From assembly GCA_943789275.1 (NCBI GenBank), contig CALSTM010000001.1:90001-122000 (forward strand): a DNA stretch of 32,000 nucleotides, written 5' to 3'. Position numbers and translations under genes: made by a program. The notes under the pieces were generated by a model. It searched no databases, was not told where the DNA came from, and worked only from the letters and a program-made list of their open reading frames with translations. The stretch's first letter is position 1. Each line of letters opens with the position of its first letter. Below are positions 15,820-26,500 of this stretch, in pieces. Origin of the DNA: Candidatus Poseidoniaceae archaeon. GTDB taxonomy: Archaea; Thermoplasmatota; Poseidoniia; Poseidoniales; Poseidoniaceae.

Positions 15820-17940
15820 ATGATGGATAATATACCAATGATTGCCGCAGGTGCAGGTCTTTTCGGACTTGTTGTTGCGTTTATGCTGTACCAACAAGTA
15901 AACAAAGTGAAAATTGACAATGAAAAAGTTGCCAACATCACTGAAGAAATTCAAAAAGGCGCTATGGCGTTCCTCTTCGCAGAATACCGTGTCCTCGCCA
16001 TATTCGTCGTGGTTGTCGGTGCTGCTCTTACACAACTCAATGACATGAACACCGCTCTTGCCTTCTTCGCTGGCGCTCTTGCATCCGTTGCCGCTGGATT
16101 CTCAGGAATGCGTGCTGCAACCTCGGCCAACGGTCGAACCACTATGGCTGCGAAGAACGACGGTAAGGCTGGAGCATTAGCCGTTTCCTACAACGGAGGG
16201 GCTGTTATGGGTCTTTCAGTTGGTGGGCTCGGGCTTCTCGGTATCTCTCTTGTTGCATACTGGCTTGGCGCTGGTGATGCTAACCCCGACCTTTCTGCAG
16301 CTGCAGGATTCGGTATGGGTGCTTCATCCATTGCTTTGTTCGCTCGTGTTGGTGGCGGTATTTACACCAAGGCTGCTGACGTTGGTGCTGACCTGGTCGG
16401 TAAGGTTGAAGCAGGAATTCCTGAAGACGACCCTCGCAACCCCGGTGTTATCGCAGATAACGTCGGAGACAACGTCGGTGACGTTGCAGGAATGGGCGCA
16501 GATATCTTTGAATCGTTTGTCGGTTCAATCATTGCAGCAATGATTATTGCAAGTTCTGATGGATTTGGTGGAGATGGCTTCACCGGCGCCTCTGATTACA
16601 TCATGATGCCAATTATGCTTGGTCTCATTGGTTATGTAGCATCCATTGTTGGGGTTTTCTCAATGTTCGTTCTCAAGAACGGCAAAGACGCAGCAGCAGC
16701 ACTTCGTAACACGACATTCATCGCAGCGCTTCTGTTTTGGGCTGGAGGATACCTTGCCATCAATCAAGGTCTCATTGACGTTGAAATGGGCGTTATGCAC
16801 TCCGTTGTACTGGGCAGTGTTGTCGGAATCGCCATTGGACTCATTACTGAGTACTACACCGGTATCGAACCCGTCTTTGGAATCCCAACCAAGGCCATTC
16901 CTCACATTGGTGAAATGTCCAAGACTGGACCTGCAACCAACGCTATTGCCGGACTTTCAGTTGGTATGATGTCAACCTTCATTCCAATTCTTTTGATTGC
17001 CGGTGGTATCTTCGGAGCGAACCACTTTGGTGGAGCCGATTTCGGCCTCTATTGCATTGCAATGGCCGCAATGGGTATGCTTGCTACAGTCGGCGTGACC
17101 ATGACCGTCGATGCTTATGGGCCAGTTGCTGATAACGCAGGTGGAATTGCAGAGATGAGCGGGCTTGGCTCTGATGTTCGAGCAATTACCGATGAACTCG
17201 ATTCAATCGGAAACACAACTGCAGCAGTCGGAAAAGGATTCGCTATTGGTTCAGCTGCATTGACAGCACTTGCACTGTTTGCTGCATACACGGCAGCAGT
17301 TGGCGAACTTGACTTGTCATTGACCAATCCAGAGGTCGTCATCGGCCTTCTCATCGGTGGCGGTCTACCGTTCGTTGTTGGTGCTATGACCATGACTTCA
17401 GTCGGTAAGGCTGCAGGTGACATGGTTGTCGAAATCCGACGACAATTTGCCATCATGCGAGAAAGTTTGTCAAATGACTCTTCTTTTGAAGGAAACTTAG
17501 AAGACGCTACAACTTGGCCAGAAAAGGTCGTTGCAGGTGATATGACGTATCCAGACTCGCAAACTTGTGTTGATATTTCAACCAAGGCTGCTCTCCGAGA
17601 AATGATTGGCCCTGGTGTGGTTGCAGTAGTAGCCCCAGTCGTTGTCGGGCTTGCTATTGGCGCAGATGCTCTTGGTGGACTTCTTGCAGGTTCTCTGGTC
17701 ACAGGTGTCCTCATGGCTCTGTTCATGGCAAACGCTGGTGGTGCTTGGGACAACGCAAAGAAAGCAATCGAGCAAGGTCACATTGAAGGCGCAAAGAAGG
17801 GCGATGCTGCTCACGAAGCTGCAGTCATTGGCGATACGATTGGAGATCCGTTCAAGGACACCTCAGGTCCATCACTCAACATTCTCATCAAGTTGATGTC
17901 CATTGTTGCCGTAGTATTGGCTGGCACAAACCAACTCTGA
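15820..17940 (+). CDS. hppA: Membrane-bound ion-pumping inorganic pyrophosphatase (K+-dependent subtype by motif).
   Basis: Motifs: [68 protein letters not shown] and [20 protein letters not shown]. The ATGATG at 15820 gives the typical hydrophobic N-terminus. The TTG-initiated 44-aa extension from 15688 looks non-coding. Confidence 0.95.
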   Translation: MMDNIPMIAAGAGLFGLVVAFMLYQQVNKVKIDNEKVANITEEIQKGAMAFLFAEYRVLAIFVVVVGAALTQLNDMNTALAFFAGALASVAAGFSGMRAATSANGRTTMAAKNDGKAGALAVSYNGGAVMGLSVGGLGLLGISLVAYWLGAGDANPDLSAAAGFGMGASSIALFARVGGGIYTKAADVGADLVGKVEAGIPEDDPRNPGVIADNVGDNVGDVAGMGADIFESFVGSIIAAMIIASSDGFGGDGFTGASDYIMMPIMLGLIGYVASIVGVFSMFVLKNGKDAAAALRNTTFIAALLFWAGGYLAINQGLIDVEMGVMHSVVLGSVVGIAIGLITEYYTGIEPVFGIPTKAIPHIGEMSKTGPATNAIAGLSVGMMSTFIPILLIAGGIFGANHFGGADFGLYCIAMAAMGMLATVGVTMTVDAYGPVADNAGGIAEMSGLGSDVRAITDELDSIGNTTAAVGKGFAIGSAALTALALFAAYTAAVGELDLSLTNPEVVIGLLIGGGLPFVVGAMTMTSVGKAAGDMVVEIRRQFAIMRESLSNDSSFEGNLEDATTWPEKVVAGDMTYPDSQTCVDISTKAALREMIGPGVVAVVAPVVVGLAIGADALGGLLAGSLVTGVLMALFMANAGGAWDNAKKAIEQGHIEGAKKGDAAHEAAVIGDTIGDPFKDTSGPSLNILIKLMSIVAVVLAGTNQL

Positions 17941-17989
17941 GCCACCTCGAAGCGTTAGACTCTTGAACAGAGTCTTGTTGGGCATTCAC

Positions 17990-18955
17990 ATGAGAAGAGG
18001 CATCAAGGCCGGCGCAATGCTGTTGTTGTTGCTTTGCACCAGCATTCTAGCGGGATGTACAACTGGTTCCATGGATTCAAGCGATTCGGATTCAACAACC
18101 GTTGAACAGACCTTACTTCCACAGTGGGAAGTTGGAGATCAATGGCTCTATACGTTCATTACGCCACAATTTGGAGAAGACAGCGCACGATTAGTGGTCG
18201 CAGAAATAGACGATGCAGAAGGCGTTTATCAAGTTGGAATCTCCTCTGAACGGGAGGCTCAACGCCACGCTGTGATCAATCACAATCCATTTCTGGGTCG
18301 AATGACTCTTGATGGATTGTCCGTTTATGAAAATGGAGAACCGCAATCCGTGTTCTCGTTCCCATGGACCGTTGGCGACAGTTGGACATTCACATTGTTC
18401 GGACAAGACTGGACTGCGACGACCGATTCGATTACCAACGGCAACGCTCGTGTTTCAGCCACTTCTGCTGAAGGGCACGAGATTTCCTATACCTTCAGCG
18501 GTGATAAAGAGTTCATGGAGAACTTCGTCTGGCGGGATGCAGAAGGCGTTCGGCAATTGCGGATGGATTTGAACTCCGCTCGTGATGGGTACTCTGGTGA
18601 TGTCTTTTTCTATCGCGCACGTGATTTACTCGACAACCGCTACGAAAACAGCGACCAAGAAGTGTACGATACTTTCCTTGATGAAGGGCATCCTTCCGAG
18701 GGAGACTGGAATACCCTTGTTTGGTATCTTGATGTAGAAATCACTCAAGGTGGCTCGGGTTCCCTCTCAATGAAAGACCATGCAGGGGCCTCCCCACTGA
18801 CAAGAGCGTGGGGCTCAGGTGCTACCGAAAAGGGAGCAATCGGTACCATCCCCTCGAATACTGGAGAATATTCTCTTACGGCAACTGTACGAGGGCCTGG
18901 CTCTTTTGTCCACTTGCGAGTTGCAGGTGCCCTCGTGTTCCAGTGGGAACTGTGA
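17990..18955 (+). CDS. Secreted lipoprotein, function unknown.
   Basis: The ATG at 17990 gives MRRGIKAGAMLLLLLCTSILAGC, with a lipobox-like LAGC and a Ser/Asp-rich linker (TTGSMDSSDSDS). The rest is beta-rich with no recognised family. Confidence 0.6.
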   Translation: MRRGIKAGAMLLLLLCTSILAGCTTGSMDSSDSDSTTVEQTLLPQWEVGDQWLYTFITPQFGEDSARLVVAEIDDAEGVYQVGISSEREAQRHAVINHNPFLGRMTLDGLSVYENGEPQSVFSFPWTVGDSWTFTLFGQDWTATTDSITNGNARVSATSAEGHEISYTFSGDKEFMENFVWRDAEGVRQLRMDLNSARDGYSGDVFFYRARDLLDNRYENSDQEVYDTFLDEGHPSEGDWNTLVWYLDVEITQGGSGSLSMKDHAGASPLTRAWGSGATEKGAIGTIPSNTGEYSLTATVRGPGSFVHLRVAGALVFQWEL

Positions 18956-18964
18956 GGAATTGTT

Positions 18965-19579
18965 TTGCCCACGCTCATCATGATGCACGGAATGACTGGC
19001 GATGCCAGTATGATGCGACCCTTTGCTGAAAAAATACTCCCGGAAGGTTGGACGCTTATTGTACCTGAAGCGCGTTATGTACATCCACGCCGTGGTCGAA
19101 CTTGGTGGAGGTATGAGGATGAAGATGCTGATGCAACTCGACGAATGACCCTTTCTCGCCGAGAACTCATCGATGTTGATTCATCCCTTTCTCAACTCGA
19201 GCAACTGATTGCAGAACAAGCACCACTCGGGCCATTGGTTGTCGGTGGTTTTTCCCAAGGTGGTGCCATGGCTCAAGAGATGCTGCAGTTACCACTTGCA
19301 GACCGAATCGTCGGAGTAGTGGCCATGGGTACACGTCTGGTTCGGGAGATGGAATTACGACTTCGATTGGCAGAATTAGAGCCAAAGCACCTCTTTTGGA
19401 TGCACGGTGAAAAAGATGTACGCGTCTCAATCCAAGACGGTTGGGCTGTGGCCCATGTTTTTGAATCGGCAGGTTGGGCTATGGAGTTAATTGAGCATCC
19501 GAAGGGGCACATGATTCCAATGGAGCACCATGATTCGTTGAAAGAATGGTTAACGGCTTTGTCGCAAATACGGTTGTAA
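18965..19579 (+). CDS. Alpha/beta hydrolase, phospholipase/carboxylesterase family.
   Basis: The nucleophile elbow is GGFSQGGAM. The N-terminal strand plus HG is PTLIMMHGMTGD, and a C-terminal His lies in HPKGHMIP. The TTG start at 18965 is 6 nt after GAGGA (18954-18958). Confidence 0.75.
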   Translation: MPTLIMMHGMTGDASMMRPFAEKILPEGWTLIVPEARYVHPRRGRTWWRYEDEDADATRRMTLSRRELIDVDSSLSQLEQLIAEQAPLGPLVVGGFSQGGAMAQEMLQLPLADRIVGVVAMGTRLVREMELRLRLAELEPKHLFWMHGEKDVRVSIQDGWAVAHVFESAGWAMELIEHPKGHMIPMEHHDSLKEWLTALSQIRL

Positions 19580-19834
19580 TTGGTCAAAGCCACCAATAAA
19601 CACGGGCTGTTCCCCACGAATGTCAAGAATCACTGGGACAGTTCGATGGCCTGTTGCTTCGACCACAGGCTTTCTCAAGTCAGGTTGTTCATCGAAACTA
19701 ATTTCAGTAAAGCTGAGGTTTTTACTGTTAAGCAGGCGCTTTGCTGCTGTGCAGTAACCGCAGAATTGTCCGGTGTACACGAGAAAATCTGTGGCGTGGG
19801 AGTTGGCGTGTTCAAGAATCAATTCTTCGGACAT
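19550..19834 (-). CDS. Glutaredoxin.
   Basis: The active site is CGYC in YTGQFCGYCTAAKRLL. It also has TVPVI and GGFDQL motifs typical of the glutaredoxin fold. Size is 94 aa. Confidence 0.85.
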   Translation of the reverse strand: MSEELILEHANSHATDFLVYTGQFCGYCTAAKRLLNSKNLSFTEISFDEQPDLRKPVVEATGHRTVPVILDIRGEQPVFIGGFDQLQPYLRQSR

Positions 19835-19865
19835 GTATCGACTTCTATGAACGCCCTACTTGAAC

Positions 19866-20405
19866 CTATATATCGTGGTGAACCACATCGTACTTTTTCT
19901 TTGAATTCAACGCTTCTAAGCCGTAGTGGACAGCACTGCATACTGCAGCGTCAGTTTTTCCGGAGTGCTTCACAATTCGAGTGATGGCACCTTTCTTTGC
20001 CGCCATTCTGCCCAAGACCTCCACGGTAAGGGCACCAAAGCCGTGGATGCCATCTGGCCTGGTTCCTTGATTCACATGTCCGGGCACATTCGGCCTTTTT
20101 GTCCCGTTTTCCGCTGAGTGGTCGGTGAGAACGATGAACGATCGCACATTCTCCTTTTCCAGTACATCTAATGCCGTTCTCATGAGGGCGACCGTTCCTT
20201 CAAGACGTTTGAGATACTCCGAGCTTCGGTTGTCGTAAGTTTCAACGAGAATAACATCAATTTCAGTCTCTTCTTCAGTGATGCTCCATCCCAATGTTTC
20301 GACATACTGTGAAACAACTTGGTTACGGCCGAAGTACCGTAGTTTGGGCATGTGACTCCCAGTCGATTCATCATCATGTTCTTTCCCCTTCCGAGTCTTG
20401 GCCAA
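19866..20405 (-). CDS. Hypothetical protein (179 aa), divergent from the giant repeat gene and upstream of glutaredoxin.
   Basis: It is the longest ORF in this interval and has ordinary amino-acid composition. No family is recognised from the sequence. The start could instead be M19 (MPKLRYFG). Confidence 0.5.
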   Translation of the reverse strand: MAKTRKGKEHDDESTGSHMPKLRYFGRNQVVSQYVETLGWSITEEETEIDVILVETYDNRSSEYLKRLEGTVALMRTALDVLEKENVRSFIVLTDHSAENGTKRPNVPGHVNQGTRPDGIHGFGALTVEVLGRMAAKKGAITRIVKHSGKTDAAVCSAVHYGLEALNSKKKYDVVHHDI

Positions 20406-20510
20406 AGTGTCAATAGCGTTATCATGTAACAGGAACTTAAGCGAGGTATGGGCTTTGATTTTTCGACTTTTAAACGGAAGAATAAAAGGTCCGGGGGTTC
20501 ACAACATACC

Positions 20511-23500
20511 ATGTTAGCGGAGCGTATGCGTAGGTTCGGTGCTTTTGCGGCGCTGGCTATGTTTGTTTTCGCTTCAGTTTCGACATCACAATTGATGTTC
20601 CTCGAACTTGAAAATACCAGTGACATTTCAACACTGTATTCCTCGTCGCGTTCGACCGATTCCGACTCTGATGGCATACTTGACCTCGATGATGCGTGCC
20701 CAACTGGCAACAATGGTTGGACCTCGAATTCAACGACCGACCACGATTCAGATGGTTGTCAAGATTCGAATGAGGACCAAGATGATGACAACGACACAAT
20801 TACCGATAATTTTGACGATTGTGCTACGGGTGTAATCGGTTGGACGCCTACGGCGATCAACGATTATGACTCTGATGGATGTCAAGATTCAACCGAGGAT
20901 AATGACGATGACAATGACAACGTGACTGACTTTTTGGATACGTGCCCTATTGGCGACAAAGGTTGGATTTCATCAAGCGTCAATGACTACGATTCAGATG
21001 GTTGTCAAGATGTGTCTGAAGACGGTGACGACGATAACGATTCAGTTTTAGATGGCTCGGATTCGTGCCAGACTGGTGATTTAGGTTGGACTTCAACCGC
21101 AATTACGGACGTCGATGGCGATGGTTGCCGAGATGCATCTGAAGACGATGATGACGACGGTGATGGGCTTCTTGATGGCAACGATGATTGTCCTACGGGC
21201 GACACGGGTTGGACCTCCTCTTCTGCGACCGACCACGATTCAGACGGTTGTCAAGATGCTTCAACTGAAGACACCGACGATGACAACGACGGTATTACCG
21301 ATTCTGCAGACGATTGCCAAGACGGTGATTTGGGTTGGACACCCGACTCCTCTACAGATTATGATTCAGACGGTTGTCAAGACTCGAGTGAAGACTTGGA
21401 TGATGATAATGACCTTGTTTTCGATAACACCGATGATTGCCGCCTCGGTAATCTTGGTTGGACCTCATCTTCATCGACTGACCATGATTCTGACGGATGT
21501 CAAGATGCTTCAAGCGAAGATGATGATGACGATAACGATGGCGTTGCAGATGGAATTGATGATTGCAGCACAGGAAACCTTGGTTGGACTTCTTCAGCAC
21601 TTACGACCGATTATGATACAGACGGTTGTCAAGATTCTTTGGAAGACCTCGACGACGATAACGATGGTGTTGCCGACTTAGCTCCTGACCTCTGCCAAAC
21701 GGGTGAAATGGGTTGGACCTCCTCACCATCTACAGATTTCGACGGCGACGGTTGCCGTGACTCTACAGAAGATTTCGATACCGATAACGACCAGATTCCA
21801 GATGACGATGATGACTGTGTCAACGGCAATACGGGATGGGTTTCGAATTCAAGCACCGACCACGACACAGATGGATGCCAAGATGCTTCCCCTGAAGACT
21901 TGGATGATGACAACGATGGAATTAATGATTCTCTTGATGCCTGCCAATTCGGCGTGATTGGTTGGTCTCCTTCATCCAGCACCGATTATGATTCTGATGG
22001 ATGCCGCGATTCGGATGAAGATCCCGACGACGATAACGACGGAGTCAGTGATGGCTCTGATTTATGCCAGACCGGTGAGTTGGGATGGATCTCCAGTTCC
22101 AGCAATGATTACGACAGCGACGGATGCAAGGATTCCACTGAAGACAACGACCGAGACAATGACCTCATTCTTGACGCAGCTGACGTTTGTCCACAAGGCA
22201 ATCTTGGTTGGACTTCCAGCGCAGTTACTGATCATGATACTGACGGTTGCCAAGATTCTCTTGAAGACCCTGACGATGATAACGATGGTGTTTTCGATGG
22301 ATTCGATGCTTGTCCTACTGGTGCACTTGGTTGGACCTCATCCTCTGCTACGGACCGTGATTCTGATGGTTGCAGGGATTCTGATGAAGACCCAGATGAT
22401 GACAATGATGATGTTTCCGATTCTATGGATTCCTGCCCGAATGGCGATATGGGGTGGACTTCCTCTTCGACAACCGATCATGATTCCGACGGTTGCCGGG
22501 ATGCTTCTTCGGAAGATACCGACGATGACAATGATTCAGTACTTGATGCAGCGGATACGTGTCAAACCGGAACGATTGGCTGGACTCCGACGACTTTGAC
22601 GGATTACGATTCAGATGGTTGTAAAGACGACGTCGAAGATAACGATGACGATAACGACGGAATTGTTGATTCAAATGACGCATGTGAAAAGGGCGATTTG
22701 GGTTGGACTTCTACGTTGCTCAACGACAACGACCAAGACGGTTGCCGGGATGCCACAGAGGATTTTGACTCGGATAACGATGGCGTTACAGATGACCTTG
22801 ACTTATGCCCACAAGGGATTACTGGCTGGTCTTCATCATCTTCAACCGATTACGACAGTGATGGCTGCAAAGACACATCAGCGGAAGATACCGATGATGA
22901 TAACGATGGAATCCCTGATGGAAACGATTCGTGTCCAACGGGGACCATCGGCTGGAGTCCGGATTCAACCAACGATTACGATTCCGATGGGTGTAAAGAC
23001 GATACCTCGTTTGACCCAGATGATGATAACGATGGTGTTTTTGACCCGTTCGATGACTGTGAGAAAGGAGACCTTAATTGGAGCTCAAGTACAAGCACTG
23101 ACCACGATGATGACGGTTGTCAAGATTCTCTCGAAGACCTCGATGACGACAACGACTCAGTACTTGATTTGCACCCTGACGACTGCCAATTCGGCATCAC
23201 AGGTTGGACATCGACCGCCTTGACAGATTCCGATAACGATGGCTGCAAAGATGATTCTCTTGAAGATACAGACGATGACAACGACGGCATCGCTGACAAT
23301 CTTGATGAATGTCAATTTGGCGAAGGTGGATGGAATCCATCGCCGAGTACCGATTACGACTCTGATGGTTGCCGTGATGCGACTGAAGACCTCGATGACG
23401 ATAACGATGGAGTCGAAGATTTAGACCCTGATAATTGTCCAAAAGGCGACTTGAATTGGATTTCAAACGCCCTCACAGACAACGATGGTGACGGATGCCA

Positions 23501-26500
23501 GGACAATTCAATCGAAGATGGAGATGATGACAACGATGGCATCGCTGACAATCTTGATGTTTGCCAAGCTGGAGATGTTGGATGGTCCCCTTCCCCATCC
23601 ACCGACTACGATTCCGATGGGTGTCAAGATTCTTTGGAAGACCTCGACGATGACAACGATGGTGTTTTCGATCTCCATCCAGATGTCTGTGACAAGGGTG
23701 ATTTAGGCTGGACTTCAACACCAGCAAACGACTACGATGGAGACGGCTGCCGAGATTCGACAGAAGATTCGGACACTGACAACGATGGAATCGACGATGT
23801 CAATGATGACTGTAACTTCCTTGAACTCGGCTGGATTTCTTCATCTGCCACAGACCACGACTCCGATGGTTGCAAAGACGATTCCAATGAAGATTTGGAT
23901 GACGACAACGACGGCATCACCGATTCACTCGATCAGTGCCCAACAGGAATCATTGGATGGACTCCAACTTTGGTCAATGACTACGATTCCGATGGTTGTC
24001 GGGATGCTGATGAAGACATCGATGATGACAACGATGGTGTTGGCGATTCCAGTGACACATGCGATACTGGCGACCTCGGCTGGACTTCAAACAGCACAAC
24101 TGATTTCGATGGCGATGGTTGCCGTGATTCATCTGAAGACATCGATGATGATAACGACACAATAACTGACACCTCAGACAATTGCCAACTTGCAGTGAAC
24201 ACTGGACAAGAAAATCACGATTTTGATTCAGAAGGTGATGCTTGCGATGACGACGATGATAACGACGGGGTCGATGATGATGTACCGGACAATTGTATCC
24301 GTGGTGCTCTTGGCTGGACTTCAACGCCTACCAATGATTTTGACGGTGATGGCTGCCGTGATCTTGATGAGGATGACGACGATGATGCCGATGGCATCTC
24401 AGACACCTCTGACGATTGTACGCCTGGCCAGACGGGGTGGACTTCTTCTTCAACAACCGATCATGATTCTGACGGTTGCCGGGATGCTTCTTCGGAAGAT
24501 ACCGACGATGACAATGATTCAGTACTTGATCCAGCGGACAGTTGTTTCCGTGGTGCTCTTGGCTGGATTTCTTCGCCATCCACAGACTATGACGGTGACG
24601 GTTGCCGCGATGCAGATGAAGACCCCGACGACGACGGAGATACCGTCGCTGACTCAGCGGACAGTTGCCCAACCAGCACTGTTGGTTGGATTTCAAATTC
24701 GTCGACCGATAACGATGGCGATGGTTGCGAAGACGGCGTGAACGACCCCGACGATGATAACGACGGAGTCGCTGATGGTATTGATAATTGCCAGCTCACT
24801 CCGAATACTGACCAAGCCAACTATGATGGTGATTCCGAGGGCGATGTCTGTGATGATGACGACGATAACGACGGTGTCAACGACCCAATCGACAGTTGTT
24901 CACAAGGTAACACTGGCTGGACCTCGACGACCTTCACAGATCATGACGGTGATGGGTGTCAAGATTTTACTTCGGAAGACCTTGATGCTGATAACGATAC
25001 AGTGCCGGATACTGTTGATACCTGCCAACTTGGTATCGTGGGGTGGATTTCAAATTCAATCACGGATTATGATGGCGATGGTTGTCAAGACATTGGTGAA
25101 GATATGGACGATGACAATGATGGTGTTCCTGATGTCAATGACCGCTGTCAAACAGGTGAGATGGGTTGGACTCCGACTCCAGGCACCGATTACGACTCCG
25201 ACGGTTGCCGAGATATTTCTGAAGACCTGGATGATGATAACGACGGCATCATCGATACCATTGACGTACAATGTCAAAAGGGTGACCTCGGTTGGATTTC
25301 TGGTCCTGCTACGGACCACGATTCGGATGGTTGCCGCGATGCAGGTGAAGATCTGGATGACGACAACGATACGAAGGCTGACGTGAATGACGATTGTCGA
25401 GTCGGAGAACTCGGATGGATTTCGAACGCAACGACAGACTACGATTCGGACGGTTGCCGAGACCTCACTGAAGACCAAGACGATGACAATGACCTTATTT
25501 TGGATGATTTCGATGACTGTTGGCCGGCGGACTTGGGTTGGACCTCAAATTCAACAACCGATTGGGATTCCGACGGTTGCAACGACTTTTCAGAAGACAG
25601 TGATGATGATAATGATGGAATTCCTGATAGTATCGATGCTTGTCAGACCGGAGATTTAGGCTGGACCTCGACATTCACATCCGATAATGATGATATGATT
25701 ACTGACTGGGACGGCGATGGTTGCCGAGATGTTGGTGAAGATCCAGATGATGATAACGATGGTGTTCTGGATGGTTCAGACTCATGTCCCAAAATCAGAA
25801 ACCACTGGAATTGGTCCTCTGCAGACTTTAGTGACCATGACGGTGACGGTTGTATGGATGATTTTTACAACAATGGATTTTTCAGCCTCGAAGAAGATTT
25901 GGACGATGACAACGATGGAGTTTTAGACGTTGATGATGATTGCCAAAAAGGAGATCTTGGTTGGACTTCAGAACCGATCACGGATAACGATGGTGACGGC
26001 TGTAGAGACTCGAACGAAGATTCCGATGACGACAACGACGGTATTGAAGACCTCGATGATAATTGTCCGAGTGGAGAGTTTGGCTGGATTCCCTCCAACC
26101 TCACAGATTACGACAGCGACGGTTGTCTTGATGTGTCCGAGGATTTGGACGACGACAATGATGGAGTGATTGATTTTGCTGATTTGTGTCAGACGGGGGA
26201 ACTCGACTGGACTTCCTCAGGTTCCGAGGATTATGACAGCGATGGTTGTCGTGACTCCACTGAAGATTTAGATGATGATAATGACAATGTTCCAGATGAT
26301 GCCGATAACTGTTCCACCGGGCGGATGGGATGGAGCGCACCATCCGAAAACATCGATTATGATTTCGACGGGTGTTATGACGGTACTGAGGACAAAGACG
26401 ACGATAACGATGGCGTTTTAGATGTCCAAGATACTTGCAACCGTGGAACCCGCAACTGGACTTCACTTCCAACGAACGATTACGATTCGGATGGGTGCCA

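Noticed and set aside
17115-17753. Antisense ORF of 212 aa within hppA.
   Set aside because: hppA is unambiguous from multiple conserved motifs. The antisense product is Ala/Pro/Ser/Thr-rich, as expected opposite a Gly/Ala/Val-rich membrane protein gene.
20180-20713. Minus-strand ORF of 177 aa spanning the divergent promoter region.
   Set aside because: It overlaps both the 179-aa gene and the start of the giant gene in other frames, and would leave no promoter space. Its composition is not convincing.
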